From contig NC_043000.1 in assembly GCF_006345805.1 (NCBI RefSeq), positions 118,730,001 to 118,794,000 on the forward strand: a stretch of DNA of 64,000 nucleotides, written 5' to 3'. Every line of letters starts with the position of its first letter. Position 1 is the stretch's first letter. The notes beneath the pieces were generated by a model, which was given only the letters and a program-made list of their open reading frames with translations, searched no databases and was not told where the DNA came from. This DNA comes from Octopus sinensis. Its lineage: Eukaryota. A program made the translations under genes and the position numbers. This document shows, piece after piece, positions 52,441 to 64,000 of this stretch.

Positions 52441-55400
52441 GTAACATGTAACCCAGTACATCCTGTTACATGGTCGGGTCGTTGGCGACTAAACTGGCAA
52501 CCCCACCAAGATTTCTTGGTGAGGAGGGTGATTTGGACACCCAGCAGGACTAAAAACAAAACCTGTCAAAGGGCAGAGGAACTCTCTCATGAGTCAATGG
52601 CCATCCAAAATCCGGAGTGGAGCCCCTAAGGCGGTTGGATTGCGCCATGCGTGCCACCTTCCGGCAGCTCCTGCATCCTGGTCTACCCCCAGCCGTCTTG
52701 ACTTTGTCTTGCCACTGGATCCGGCGCACCAGGACGAGAGAGTGAGGCTGATCCTGCGTAAGTCACCCTCACTATAATCCAAGTCACGCGCATGTCATGC
52801 CATCATGACACCATAACAAATTCCTGTGGCGATGGGGAAACGGCGAAGTAGCAGGTGAGGATACACTGGGAGCTGCAGTCGTGAACCCACACACAGGCGG
52901 CTCAGGTCATGTGGTCGCCCCTCACTGAACTGAGGCAGCAGTGGAGTCCGGCAGTCTCCTGAGTGACCGAGCAGCCCTCTTCAGGATCACTCTGCTCGCC
53001 TCCCCAGCATGAGGACGGGGCTAGAAAAGGTTGCCCTAAACATAGCCTGCCTCACCTCACCCTGGTCAGCAAACCGCGGCTGGCGGGGATCCTTTCCAAG
53101 CGGTCGAAACAAAGAAAGAAAACAAACAAAGGTGCTCACTTTCGCAACTTGGAACGTGAGAACTCTGCTTGACAACACCAAAGCGGACAGATCAGAGAGA
53201 CGAACTGCCCTGGTGGCCAGAGAACTGAGCCGATACAATGTCGATATCGCAGCACAGAGCGAGACCCGCCTTGCGGACAAAGGCCAGCTGACAGAGACAG
53301 GCGGCGGCTACACCTCCTTTTGGAGTGGTCACAGCAGCGAATAGCGTCGTGAGGCTGGTGTTGGTTTTGCCATCAAGTCAGTACACGTGCGGAAACTGGA
53401 AAGCTCCCCCGAGGGTATCAACGATCGGCTGATGAAGATGCAGCTCCCACTTGGAAACAAGACTAGTGCGACCATCATCAGCGCTTACGCCCCCACCATG
53501 ACCAACCCTGAAGAAGTTAAGGACAGGTTCTATGAGGAACTCGACTCCCTCATCACGTCAGCCCAGCCTGGGAAGCTCGTCCTCCTTGGGGATTTTAACG
53601 CCCGTGTCGGGACTGACCACCAAGCTTGGCATCGCGTACTGGGAAAGCAAGGAATCGGAAAGTGCAACAACAACGGGCAGCTCTTCCTGCGTGCGTGTGC
53701 CTCTCATGATCTTACCATCGCCAACACCTTGTTCCGTCTGCCAACACGCAACAAGACATCATGGATGCATCCACGCTCCAAACACTGGCATCTGATAGAT
53801 TACGTCATCGTCAGGGCGAAAGACAGGCGGGACGTGAGACTGGTCAAAGCCATGTGCGGAGCTGATTGCTGGACGGACCATCGCCTCATCATCTCCAGGA
53901 TGGATTTCTACATCCGACCTAAGAGAAGACCACAGGGTCAGAAAGTGACGAGGAAGCTTAACATCACGAAATTAAAGAACCAGCTGACTGCACAAGATCT
54001 CCAGTCACGTATGGACAGCAAGCTGTTGGACATTCGGAATGACCAGTCCAGCATCGATGAGCAGTAGGAATCATTCAGGGACACGGTTCATTCCATCGCC
54101 CTTGAAACTCTAGGCCAAGTTACGAGGAACCACCAGGACTGGTTCGACGAAAACGACCAGGAAATCCAAAAGCTCCTGGAAGAGAAACGCCGTCTGCTGC
54201 GGGCTCACCAAAATGACACCACCTGCACGGCAAAGAAGGCTGCTTTCAACAACATTCGCAGCACAGTCCAGGCTAAACTCCGCCTCATGCAAGACGCATG
54301 GTTAAGCGCCAAGGCGGATGAGATTCAGGGATACGCAGACAAACACGACACCAAGACATTCTACGAGGCGCTGAAAGCTGTCTATGGACCGCAGTTCTCC
54401 TTTGGATCAACCCCCCTGCTCAGCTCGGATGGAACCTCACTCCTGACTAACAAGAAGCTGATCCTGGAGAGATGGGCGGAGCATTTCAACATTGTGCTCA
54501 ACCGACCAGCCCAGATCAACGAGGAAGCCATCGCACGACTCCCCCAGGTGCCGACAAACCACGAGCTGGCTGTTCCCCCTGGAGCCGAGGAAGTGAGCAG
54601 AGCCATCAAAAAAATGTCCACCGGCAAAGCTCCAGGCTCTGACGCCATCCCTGCAGAGGTGTTCAAGTCGGGCGGCCCCACCATGATCAGTCAGCTCACC
54701 AGCCTGTTCCAGTCGATGTGGGACAGGGAACAACTCCCTCAAGATTTCCGGGACGCAACAATCGTCCACATTTATAAGCGGAAAGGAGATCGGCAGTCCT
54801 GCGACAACCACCGAGGAATCTCCCTCTTGTCCATAGCAGGCAAGATCCTGGCCCGAGTCCTGCTTGACCGCCTTCTGGAACACTTGGAGCAAGGCCTTCT
54901 CCCTGAGAGCCAGTGTGGCTTCCGCGCGGGTCGAGGGACCACTGACATGATATTCGCCGCCCGCCAGCTCCAGGAGAAATGCATGGAGCAGCACCTTGAC
55001 CTCTGCATGACCTTTGTTGACCTCACCAAGGCTTTCGATACAGTCAGTCGGGAGGGACTATGGAAGGTCATGGGAAAATTTGGTTGCCCCAGCAAATTTA
55101 TTGCAATTGTCCGCCAGTTCCACGACGGAATGACAGCCAGAGTCCTTGAAGACGGCAACTCATCTGAAGCCTTCCAGGTGACCAACGGAGTCAGGCAGGG
55201 CTGTGTCCTGGCCCCAACACTGTTCAGCATCATGTTCTCGGCAATGCTGTCCGACGCCTTCAGGGACTGCAAGTCCGGTATCGACATCAAGTACAGGACA
55301 GACGGGAAACTTTTCAACTCCAGAAGATTGCAGGCCGTCACAAAGGTAAGGGAGACAGTCGTCAGAGTCTTTCTCTTTGCTGACGACTGCGCCCTTAATG

Positions 55401-56375
55401 CAATCGATGAGCAGGTGATGCAGCTCGGGATGGACAGGTTCTCATCAGCCTGTGACAACTTCGGTCTCACCATCAGTGCCAAGAAAACCGAAGTGATGTT
55501 TCAGCCAGCCCCCAGCAAACAATACCATGCGCCTCAGATAAAGGTGAACGGACGGATCCTACGAGCAGTGAAAAACTTCACCTACCTGGGCAGCTCTCTC
55601 TCCTGCAATGCCAACATAGACACTGAAATCATCAACAGAATCTCCAAGGCAAGCAGCGCGTTTGGGAGACTGCGAAAGAAAGTCTGGGAGCGAAGAGGAA
55701 TCAGCCTCAACACCAAGCTGAAAGTCTACCGGGCAGTCGTGCTTACCACCCTACTATACGGCTGCGAGACGTGGACTGCTTACCGAAGGCACGAGCACCA
55801 GATAAACCACTTCCACCTCAGGTGTCTTCGGAACCTCCTTCACATCCGCTGGCAGGACAAAGTCCCAGACACGGAAGTTCTGAAGCAGGCAGATCTCCCT
55901 AGCACCATCACGATCATGCGCAAGGCCCAGATGAGATGGGCGGGCCACGTCTCCCGCATCTCCGACACTCGCATCCCAAAACAGCTCTTCTACGGTGAAC
56001 TCAGCCAGGGCAAACGCAAAGTCGGAGGGCAGAAGAAGCGCTTCAAGGACAGTCTCAAGGTCTCTCTCAAAGACTTCTCCATCGGCACAGAGACTTGGGA
56101 GACACTTGCTGCCTACCGCTCATCCTGGCGCAGCGCAATCACCACAGGAGCAGGGACAGCCGAGGAGGGACGGATTCGGTCAGCAGAGCAGAAACGCCAT
56201 ATGCGGAAAGCCAGAGCCGCCTGCACCAGTAGCAAGGCCCCTACCCACTTCTGCCCCACCTGTGGGAGGGGCTTCCTTGCCCGGATTGGCCTCACCAACC
56301 ACCTCCGGTCTCATAGCGGCAGTTCCACTAGATGATGTCAGTGGTCATCTTCGAACCCGAAGGACGAACATTATT
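52441..56375 (+). mobile_element. Near full-length RTE (BovB-like) LINE: APE endonuclease + RT + C2H2 finger
   Basis: GC-rich block between (TATG)n tracts. One reading frame, 53009-56335: ATWNVRTL, ETRL, SAYAPT, GDFNARVG, IDYVI, YKRKGDRQSCDNHRGISLL, FVDLTKAFDTV, GVRQGCVLAP, LFADD, LRWAGHV, CPTCGR...HLRSH. A 3' CTTCG-AACC-CGAAG hairpin precedes an ATT tail. Confidence 0.95.
53009..56335 (+). pseudogene. RTE ORF (1109 codons) interrupted only by TAG at 53342-53344 and 54065-54067
   Basis: The ORF-track segments starting at 53009, 53387 and 54287 are all in the same frame. No frameshift. Confidence 0.9.
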
Positions 56376-56469
56376 ATCATTATGTATGTATGTATGTATG
56401 TATGTATGTATGTATGTATGTATGTATGTATGTATGTATGTATGTATGTACGAAAAACGAATATGAAAT

Positions 56470-56773
56470 ATTGTTGTATTTGGGGATGGTCATGTTGCTA
56501 GTTTATCCAATAAAACACACGCACCATACATTTGGTGTTAATTTGCTTTCCTTACTGCCGATCGGCTGATCGGTAGTAAGGAAAGACACACAAATAGGAA
56601 AGGAGTAAGTAAAGGACCACTGATGAGGCCACAGAAGTGTGACGAAAGATCTCTAGCCGAAATACGATTATTGTAAAAAATAAAATAAAGCCGAAGCAAA
56701 TTAACACCAAATATATAGTATGTGTGTTTTATTGACTAAACTGGCAACATTACCATCCCCAAATGCAACAATA
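56470..56773. repeat. Fold-back Penelope-derived repeat: about 80-bp inverted arms, an internal 18-bp hairpin and a hammerhead
   Basis: 56470-56548 is the reverse complement of 56694-56773. The hairpin CTTTCCTTACTGCCGATC/GATCGGTAGTAAGGAAAG lies at 56546-56585. Confidence 0.75.
56617..56656 (+). ncRNA. Minimal type I hammerhead ribozyme
   Basis: cca-CTGATGA-g-GCCACA(gaag)TGTGAC-GAA-AGATCT-C-tag. Intact core with a palindromic AGATCT stem III. Confidence 0.7.
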
Positions 56774-57549
56774 TCTGTTTCAATACACGATTTCACATCA
56801 AGAATCTTGCAAAACGTAAGAATATGAAATACTTTTCTGTTAATTGTTTCCCACTTTAATGATTAGATGTCCACAAATCTTTAGATGTTCCAAGATATCA
56901 TTTGTAAAAATTTAATTTTTGAAGAGGAAAATCAATGATCATAAAAGTCATTCTTTTAAATGTCCTTCTTGTAAAAATCATTTTTGTAAACAGACACAGT
57001 GGAGCGAAGGATTTTCCAGTTTCTAGGTCTATTGTATACATATACATTCACATATATGATATGATATGATACGATACGATATGGTATTGTGTGTGTGTGT
57101 ATATGTGTGTGCGTGCGTGTGAAGGTACATGGTTCAGTGGTTAGAGCGTCGGGCTCACAATGAGGTAGTGTGTTCGATTCCCGGACAGAGCTGTGTTGTA
57201 TTTTTGAGCAAGACACTCTATTTCATGTTGCTCTAGTGCACACAGCTGTAGAAATGAGTTGCGACGTCACAGGTGCCAAGCTGTATCGGCCTTTGCCTTA
57301 CCATTGGAAAACATTGGTGGCACAGAGAGGGGGGCTGCTATGCATGGGCAACTGCTGTTCTTCCATAAAACAACCTTGCCCAGGCTTGTGCCTTGGAGTG
57401 TAACTTTCTAGGTGCAATCCCATGGTCATTCATGACCGAAGGAGGTCATTTGCTATTTCTATGTGGAGGTATCGTCGGCGGCTATACCAGAATACGGAGC
57501 TATTTCTAGCACTAGAGTTGACCTATTTAACGTTAACTCTCTTATATTT

Positions 57550-57606
<57 letters not shown>

Positions 57607-57609
57607 ATA

Positions 57610-58800
57610 TATATAGTTAATCCAAACAAGAAACCACAAAAAAACACAACAACGCGAGGACGTGGAACAAGTATAGTATTATTGGACGCTCAGGAAAGAA
57701 GGAAAGAAGGAGGGTTTAACGTTTCGAGCGGAGCTCTTCGTCGGAAACATAGGAGAAGGAAAGATCCAGAGAAGGGATGACAGAGGAAAAAAATCATATA
57801 TATATATATATATATATATAGTGTAATAAATAAAATATATGCATACATACAAACATATATGTACGTACCTACATCTACATGCATATATAAATATATATAC
57901 GTGTGTACAGGACACCACAAATAGACGTAGAACTCAACGAGAAACGAAAACGTAAAGACAGTATGGAACGGACCATTATTTTAACAACGAAAAAACAGAG
58001 TACAAGACAACTACACAAGGAAAAATCCCCTTCATCAGCTGTCCCTAGTTCAACTCCAGCGTGTTTCGAAGGTGAGGACAGAACACGTCTCGTCGAACAA
58101 GTCCTTCCTGCGAAAGAATTAAATAAAATTCCTTTGCAGAGGGGTAAAAACAAGGAAAAAAATGTGACAAAAACAGGATGTAAAAACAATACAATTAAAA
58201 ACAAATACAAAATAAAAATACAATTACAAAACATACAGTACAAGAAGGAATAGGAACAGGACAGGAAAACAAATAAAGAGGGCCTATAAGCCTAGACGAT
58301 GAAAAATTTTTTTCACGAGCGCAGGAAGAAACATGTTTACTTGAATAAGGCCGCCAGCGAAAGGAAGTTCGTAGACCCGGCTGTGAGAGAGATGAGGAGG
58401 AGTGAGAGAGAGAGAGATAGAAAGGAAGGAAGCAAAAGAGGGTGAAAGAAAAAGAGAAGAAGGATTATAGAGTTTCGCGTCATAATTATATATAAAAACC
58501 AGCTTAGAGAAGAAGGAACGAAACCAAGCCAAACGAATCGAATCGAATCTACGTGAAGGCGCTCAGTCATACAATAGTGTAATAAATAGAATATATGCAT
58601 ACATACAAACATATATGTACGTACCTACATCTACATGTATATATACATGCATATATAAATATATATACGTGTGTACAGGACACCACAAATAGACGTAGAA
58701 CTCAACAAGAAACGAAAACGTAAAAACAGCATGGAACGGACCATTTTTTTAACAACGGAAAAACAGAGTACCAGACAACTACACAAGGAAAATATATATA
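57610..58800 (-). mobile_element. Non-autonomous Penelope-derived repeat in (TA)n with an internal direct repeat of about 190 bp
   Basis: 57836-58020 is repeated at 58591-58790. It contains the hammerhead at 57714-57748. A homologous fragment lies at 29935-30120. Confidence 0.6.
57714..57748 (-). ncRNA. Minimal type I hammerhead motif (CCGACGA core variant), fully paired
   Basis: gttt-CCGACGA-a-GAGC(tcc)GCTC-GAA-ACGT-T-aaac. Confidence 0.7.
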
Positions 58801-59164
58801 TATTTGGAGAAAAGTTTTCTTAAAGAGAAAAAAAATCTCTCTAAATCAAAACGAAGACTTTTGAAATATAACTCCAAATGTAATTGGTAGAACTATATGC
58901 ATATCCAATCTCATACTGACGTCGCGTGTATAGTTATGCAAATTATATTTTTCTAGGATGATCACACTGATGAATTGCGGACATTTACGTAAGTATTACG
59001 TAAGTGGTAACAGTGAAACCGGGTTTGTAATTAATCTTTATACTTTGTATTTTTTCATTTGTCTTGCTCGCTAACGTTCTGGCGTTTGCTGAATTTTCAT
59101 GAGTACAATCTTTTCGTAGTGGTCAGACCTGTAGCATAATGGATGTCCACTTAGTGGTCATCCC

Positions 59165-59236
59165 CCTTATATGTATATATATGTATGTATGTATGTATAT
59201 ATATACATACATATACATACATATATAATATATATA

Positions 59237-59297
<61 letters not shown>

Positions 59298-59375
59298 TAT
59301 ACATATATATATAAATATATATTATATATATCATATATATTATATATATATATATAATATATATTATATATATCA

Positions 59376-59407
<32 letters not shown>

Positions 59408-59443
59408 TATAAATACATATATATGTATATATATATGTATGTA

Positions 59444-59484
<41 letters not shown>

Positions 59485-59592
59485 TATATATTTATGTACA
59501 TATAAATATATATATTATATATTATATATATATATATTATATATATATATATATTATATGTATGTATGTATATGTATACACACATATATATA
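59165..59592. repeat. (TA)n-rich microsatellite
   Basis: Seen directly. Similar tracts at 40460-40717 and 63640-64000. Confidence 0.95.
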
Positions 59593-61414
59593 CTAGCAGG
59601 AGTACCCGGAGTTGCTCGGGTATTAAATACTCTGCAATGCAAATCACACCAGGGGCATAATGGCACGCATGTTCAAGTGCGAAAAAGGGGGAGGCGTGAA
59701 TTGGGTATGTGCACTTAAAAGGGGGAGAGTGGACATTATGTCTTGTGTGATTACTTAGAAGTGATAAATTGGGGAGAAAGGGGCGCAGTCGAGGGTGTAA
59801 GGTTGACACAGTTCACAACACGAACATTATGGTATTTATAAAGGGTGTGGACATTTGGTGGGGGTATGTATCATGCGTATGCTAAAAAGTGTTAAAAGGG
59901 GGAGGGGGACACGTACGGTGTCGTGGTTGAAAGGTTGATATGAAGGTGAAAGTGGCGCTTATTAGTAGAACAACCCAACGTCGGAGGGGGTGCTCGATGT
60001 TCGGGTAATGGTGGTGGAGGGAATTGTTTACAAATCGCACAATCTCTTGCCATTACAGGCATTTTATTTTATTAGATTGGCGTTAAAAGAATATTGTCTA
60101 ATTTTGGGGTGGATTGGTGTAAACGACCCGAACTAAGTACCATTAGTTATTTTTACAGTAAGTGAGAGTGGAAGGTTGACCTAGATCTAGCTCTCTGCAA
60201 AAAGATGAAGTTATTGGAGAGGAAGGGAGTGTCCATCTTTTGCAGTTTTTTGTAGAACCCGGATGCACAGAGACACAGAACAAATACTTTCCAGAAATGA
60301 CGCAACACAGTGGTTCTTTTGCAACAAAAAAAAAAAAATTAGGCGTTCCTTGAAACGGCTTTCTTGGGTGTAACTCTGCAAAAAATGCGAAAAGTTTATG
60401 TTTCACAGTATTTCGTAGATCCGTCGCAAGTTAAATAAAGAATATTAACCAAAAATAGTTTTAAACCATTACTGAGTCATCTGTACTGTTGATGTGAGAT
60501 TTGGATGAGTTCGGTCAAAAATGAAGGATTAAAAATTAAAAAAAACGGTTTTCTACTCAGTTTTTTGCAATTGTTGGTCATACGCGGAGGAATTCTGTGC
60601 AAATCGGATCTCCTAACGTTATCCGTTGGATGAGTAAATAGTGTGTAAAGTTTGAACGCAATCCACCGAAGCAGTGAGAAGTTTTGAAGATTTAAAGGGG
60701 AAAAAGTGAATAAAAATCACAGTTTTCCGCGGTTTTTTGTCGCACAGGGATGCTTTGGAAACGGAACAGATACTTGATAGAACCGCCATTACATGGTGGT
60801 TTTTTAGCCGTAAAAACCAAGGAAATCTGACTTTCCAGTAAAATGTTTTCTACCATGGAACTTTGCAATTTTCTTGGGAATCAGAGGCCCCAAGACAGTG
60901 TCAAAACATTTGTCTGAAATATCGCAACATGACTGTCCTTTTGACACTAATATTATAAAAATCGAACGTTTCTGTAAAATCTTTTCTCGCGTGCAACTTT
61001 TGCCTTTTTTTTTGCAAAAAGTGTGTGTGAGGGGTCCCTTCAGTTTTATCGATCTTTCTCCTAGAAGCAGGTATCTCTGGGTATTAGTAATGCAGCATTG
61101 ACCTGCCTGGGTAAAATTTCCATTTAATATAAAAAATGTCATCATTTCTGCATTAATATAAACAACGTTTGAATTAATGCAGATGTTAATCTAGCTCATA
61201 GGGTGAGATTAAATAAATGTTATTATAGACACATGAATGACTCTATAGGCGCGGGAGTGGCTGTGTGGTAAGAAGCTTGCTTACCAGCCACATGGTTCTG
61301 GGTTCAGTCCCACAGCATGACACCTTGGGCAAGTGTCTTCTACTATAGCCTCGGACCGACCAAAGCCTTGGGAGTGAATTTGGTAGACGGAAACTGAAAG
61401 AAGCCCGTCGTATA

Positions 61415-61473
<59 letters not shown>

Positions 61474-63660
61474 TGTTGTGTATATGTTTGTGTATGTGTT
61501 TGTCCCCAACATCGCTTGACAGCCGATGCTGTTGTGTTTACGTCCCCGTAACTTAGCAGTTCGGCAAAAGAGACCGATAGAATAAGTACTAGACTTACAA
61601 AGAATAAGTCCTGGGGCCGATTTGTTCGACTAAAGGCGGTGCACCAGGATGGCCACAGTCACATGACTGAAACAAGTAAAATATAAAATATAAAAAATAA
61701 TCTGATACTGCCCTTATCTGCTCTTTATCTAACAAAACTAATAACTGAATTCAAACTAGTTAAGTACTGTGCAATAACACTTGACTCTGTAGTTTTTGCA
61801 TTATATAAGAATAAAACAACGTACGCTATAATGATTTGTATCGTCAGTGAATAGCCTTGAACAGGGGTTGAAATTGTTTTTCAGGGTACTTCTGAGCAAT
61901 TAAAACTTAGGGTTGTCGATAATAACACAAATCAGAGAAGCTCCTCTAAATGCTTTCGTTGTATACTGCTGCGTACAATTTTTATTTGGTTTTAATCGAC
62001 ACGGTAAACTCTAAAATTGGTTTCCAATTTTCGCACAAGAACAGCAATTTCGGGAGAGGGGGTTGGTCGAATACATGGACCCCAGCGCTCAACTGGTACT
62101 TATAATATCGACTCTGAAAGGATGAAAGGCAAAGTCGGCCTTGGTGGAATTTGAACTCAGATCGCAAGCACGAACGAAATGCTGCTAAGCAATTTTTCTC
62201 AGCGTGCTAACGATTCTTATTTCTTTATTGCCCACAAGGGGCTAAACATAGAGTGGATAAACAAGGACAGACAAACGGATTAAGTCGATTATATCGACCC
62301 CAGTGCGTAACTGGTACTTATTTAATCGAACCTGAAAGGATGAAAGGCAAAGTCGACCTCGGTGGAATTTGAACTCAGAACGTAGCGACCGACGAAATAC
62401 TGCTAAGCATTTCGCCCGGCGTGCTAACGTTTCTGCCAGCTCAACACCAAAGTAAACCTTACTTTCGCTTTTTAAAATTTCTGGTATTAGAAGAGTGCAG
62501 AAGGTCAGTAGCAGATGCTGGCTTGCAGAATTTACCAGCACTTGTACTTGCTCTACAAAGAATTGTGAATGGTGAGATAAAAGGCTATGCTCCAAAGGAA
62601 CTCGCTCAGGCAAAGAGAATCACTTCGTACTTATATATTTTTAGTTATTATTATATTTATAGAAAAGTGATGTGGCTGTGTGGTAAGTAGCTTGCTTACC
62701 AACCACATGGTTCCGGGTTCAGTCCCACTGCGTGGCACCTTGGGCAAGTGTTTTCTACTATAGCCTCGGGCCGACCAAAGCCTTGTGAGTGGATTTGGTA
62801 GACGGAAACTGAAAGAGCCCGTCGTATATATATATATATGTATATGCTTGACAACCGATGCTGGTGTATTTACGTCCCCGTAACATAGCGGTTCGGCAAA
62901 AGAGACCGATAGGATAAATACTAGGCTTACAAAGAATAAGTCCTGGGGTCGATTGCTCAGTTAAAGGCGGGGAGTTGGCAGAAACGTTAGCACGCCGGGC
63001 GAAATGCGTAGCCATATTTCGTCTGCCTTTACGTTCTGAGTTCAAATTCCGCCGAGGTCGACTTTGCCATTCATCCTTTCGGGGTCGATAAATAAAGTAC
63101 CAGTTTCGCACTGGGGTCGATGTAATCGACTTAATCCGTTTGTCTGTACTTGTTTGTCCCCTCTATGCTTCGCCCCTTATGGGCAATAAATAAATATAAA
63201 GGCGGTGCTCCAGCATGGCCACATTCAAATGACTGAAACAAATAAAAGAGTAGAAGAGCAAAAGAGTAGCTTCTCATTGAATTTGACTTTTTTAAAAGAA
63301 TATCTGCTGGGACTCAGTTAAGACAACGCGGGTTCCAGTTGATCCGAACAACAGAACAGCCTGCTCGTGAAATTTACCTGCAAATGACTGAGCACTTCAC
63401 GGACACTTGTACAACTTTCTCTCACTATTTCTTCCTGTTTCTGTTGTATCTGTATTTCAACAGCTGTAAATGTACACCAATACACCTATACAACTCCATA
63501 TACATACAAACAAATACAAGTATATAAGGAGTATATACATATATACACATGTATATATAAACCCACAAGCAATTATACATCATAGTTTAAATATGTAAAA
63601 ACATAATACCAATAACTGTATAAGCCAGACTACAGGCGTACACATACATGTCAGTATATA

Positions 63661-63755
<95 letters not shown>

Positions 63756-63952
63756 TACACATATATATATACATATATATACCCCTACATACATACAAAC
63801 CTATACAAACATCACATACACAAAAGTGCACTGAAGTCTATTCATAAGATTTAATATACACAAAAATAACATTAAAAAATACTTAAAACTACCCCATGCA
63901 TGCACACAAATAAACATAAATAAATAAATATATATATATATATTATATATAT

Positions 63953-63986
<34 letters not shown>

Positions 63987-64000
63987 ATATATATATATAT

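Overview
AT-rich, microsatellite- and SINE-dense eukaryotic DNA. The repeat families look cephalopod, most likely Octopus; this is an inference from repeat style, not a database match. The only clear host coding sequences are three minus-strand exons (7633-7888, 25406-25676, 32508-32763). Each encodes a start Met, TM1 and the W...GLWE-x-C...C first extracellular loop of a claudin/PMP22-EMP-family protein. Each ends in a phase-1 GTAAGT donor exactly 17 codons after the second Cys. A manual scan found no TM2-TM4 exons between them. The best model is therefore one claudin-like locus with at least 3 alternative, separately promoted variable first exons spliced to shared constant exons beyond the left edge of the window. 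Each exon has a paired CAGGTR motif about 210-270 bp upstream of its ATG. The rest of the window is mobile DNA: a nearly intact Penelope-like element (RT + GIY-YIG) in (TA)n; a nearly intact full-length RTE LINE in (TATG)n with only two TAG stops; decayed Tc1, DD37D and Mos1-type mariner, piggyBac and CR1-like relics; many tRNA-derived SINEs; and seven minimal type I hammerhead ribozyme motifs from four sequence families. There are no prokaryotic features and no CRISPR array.
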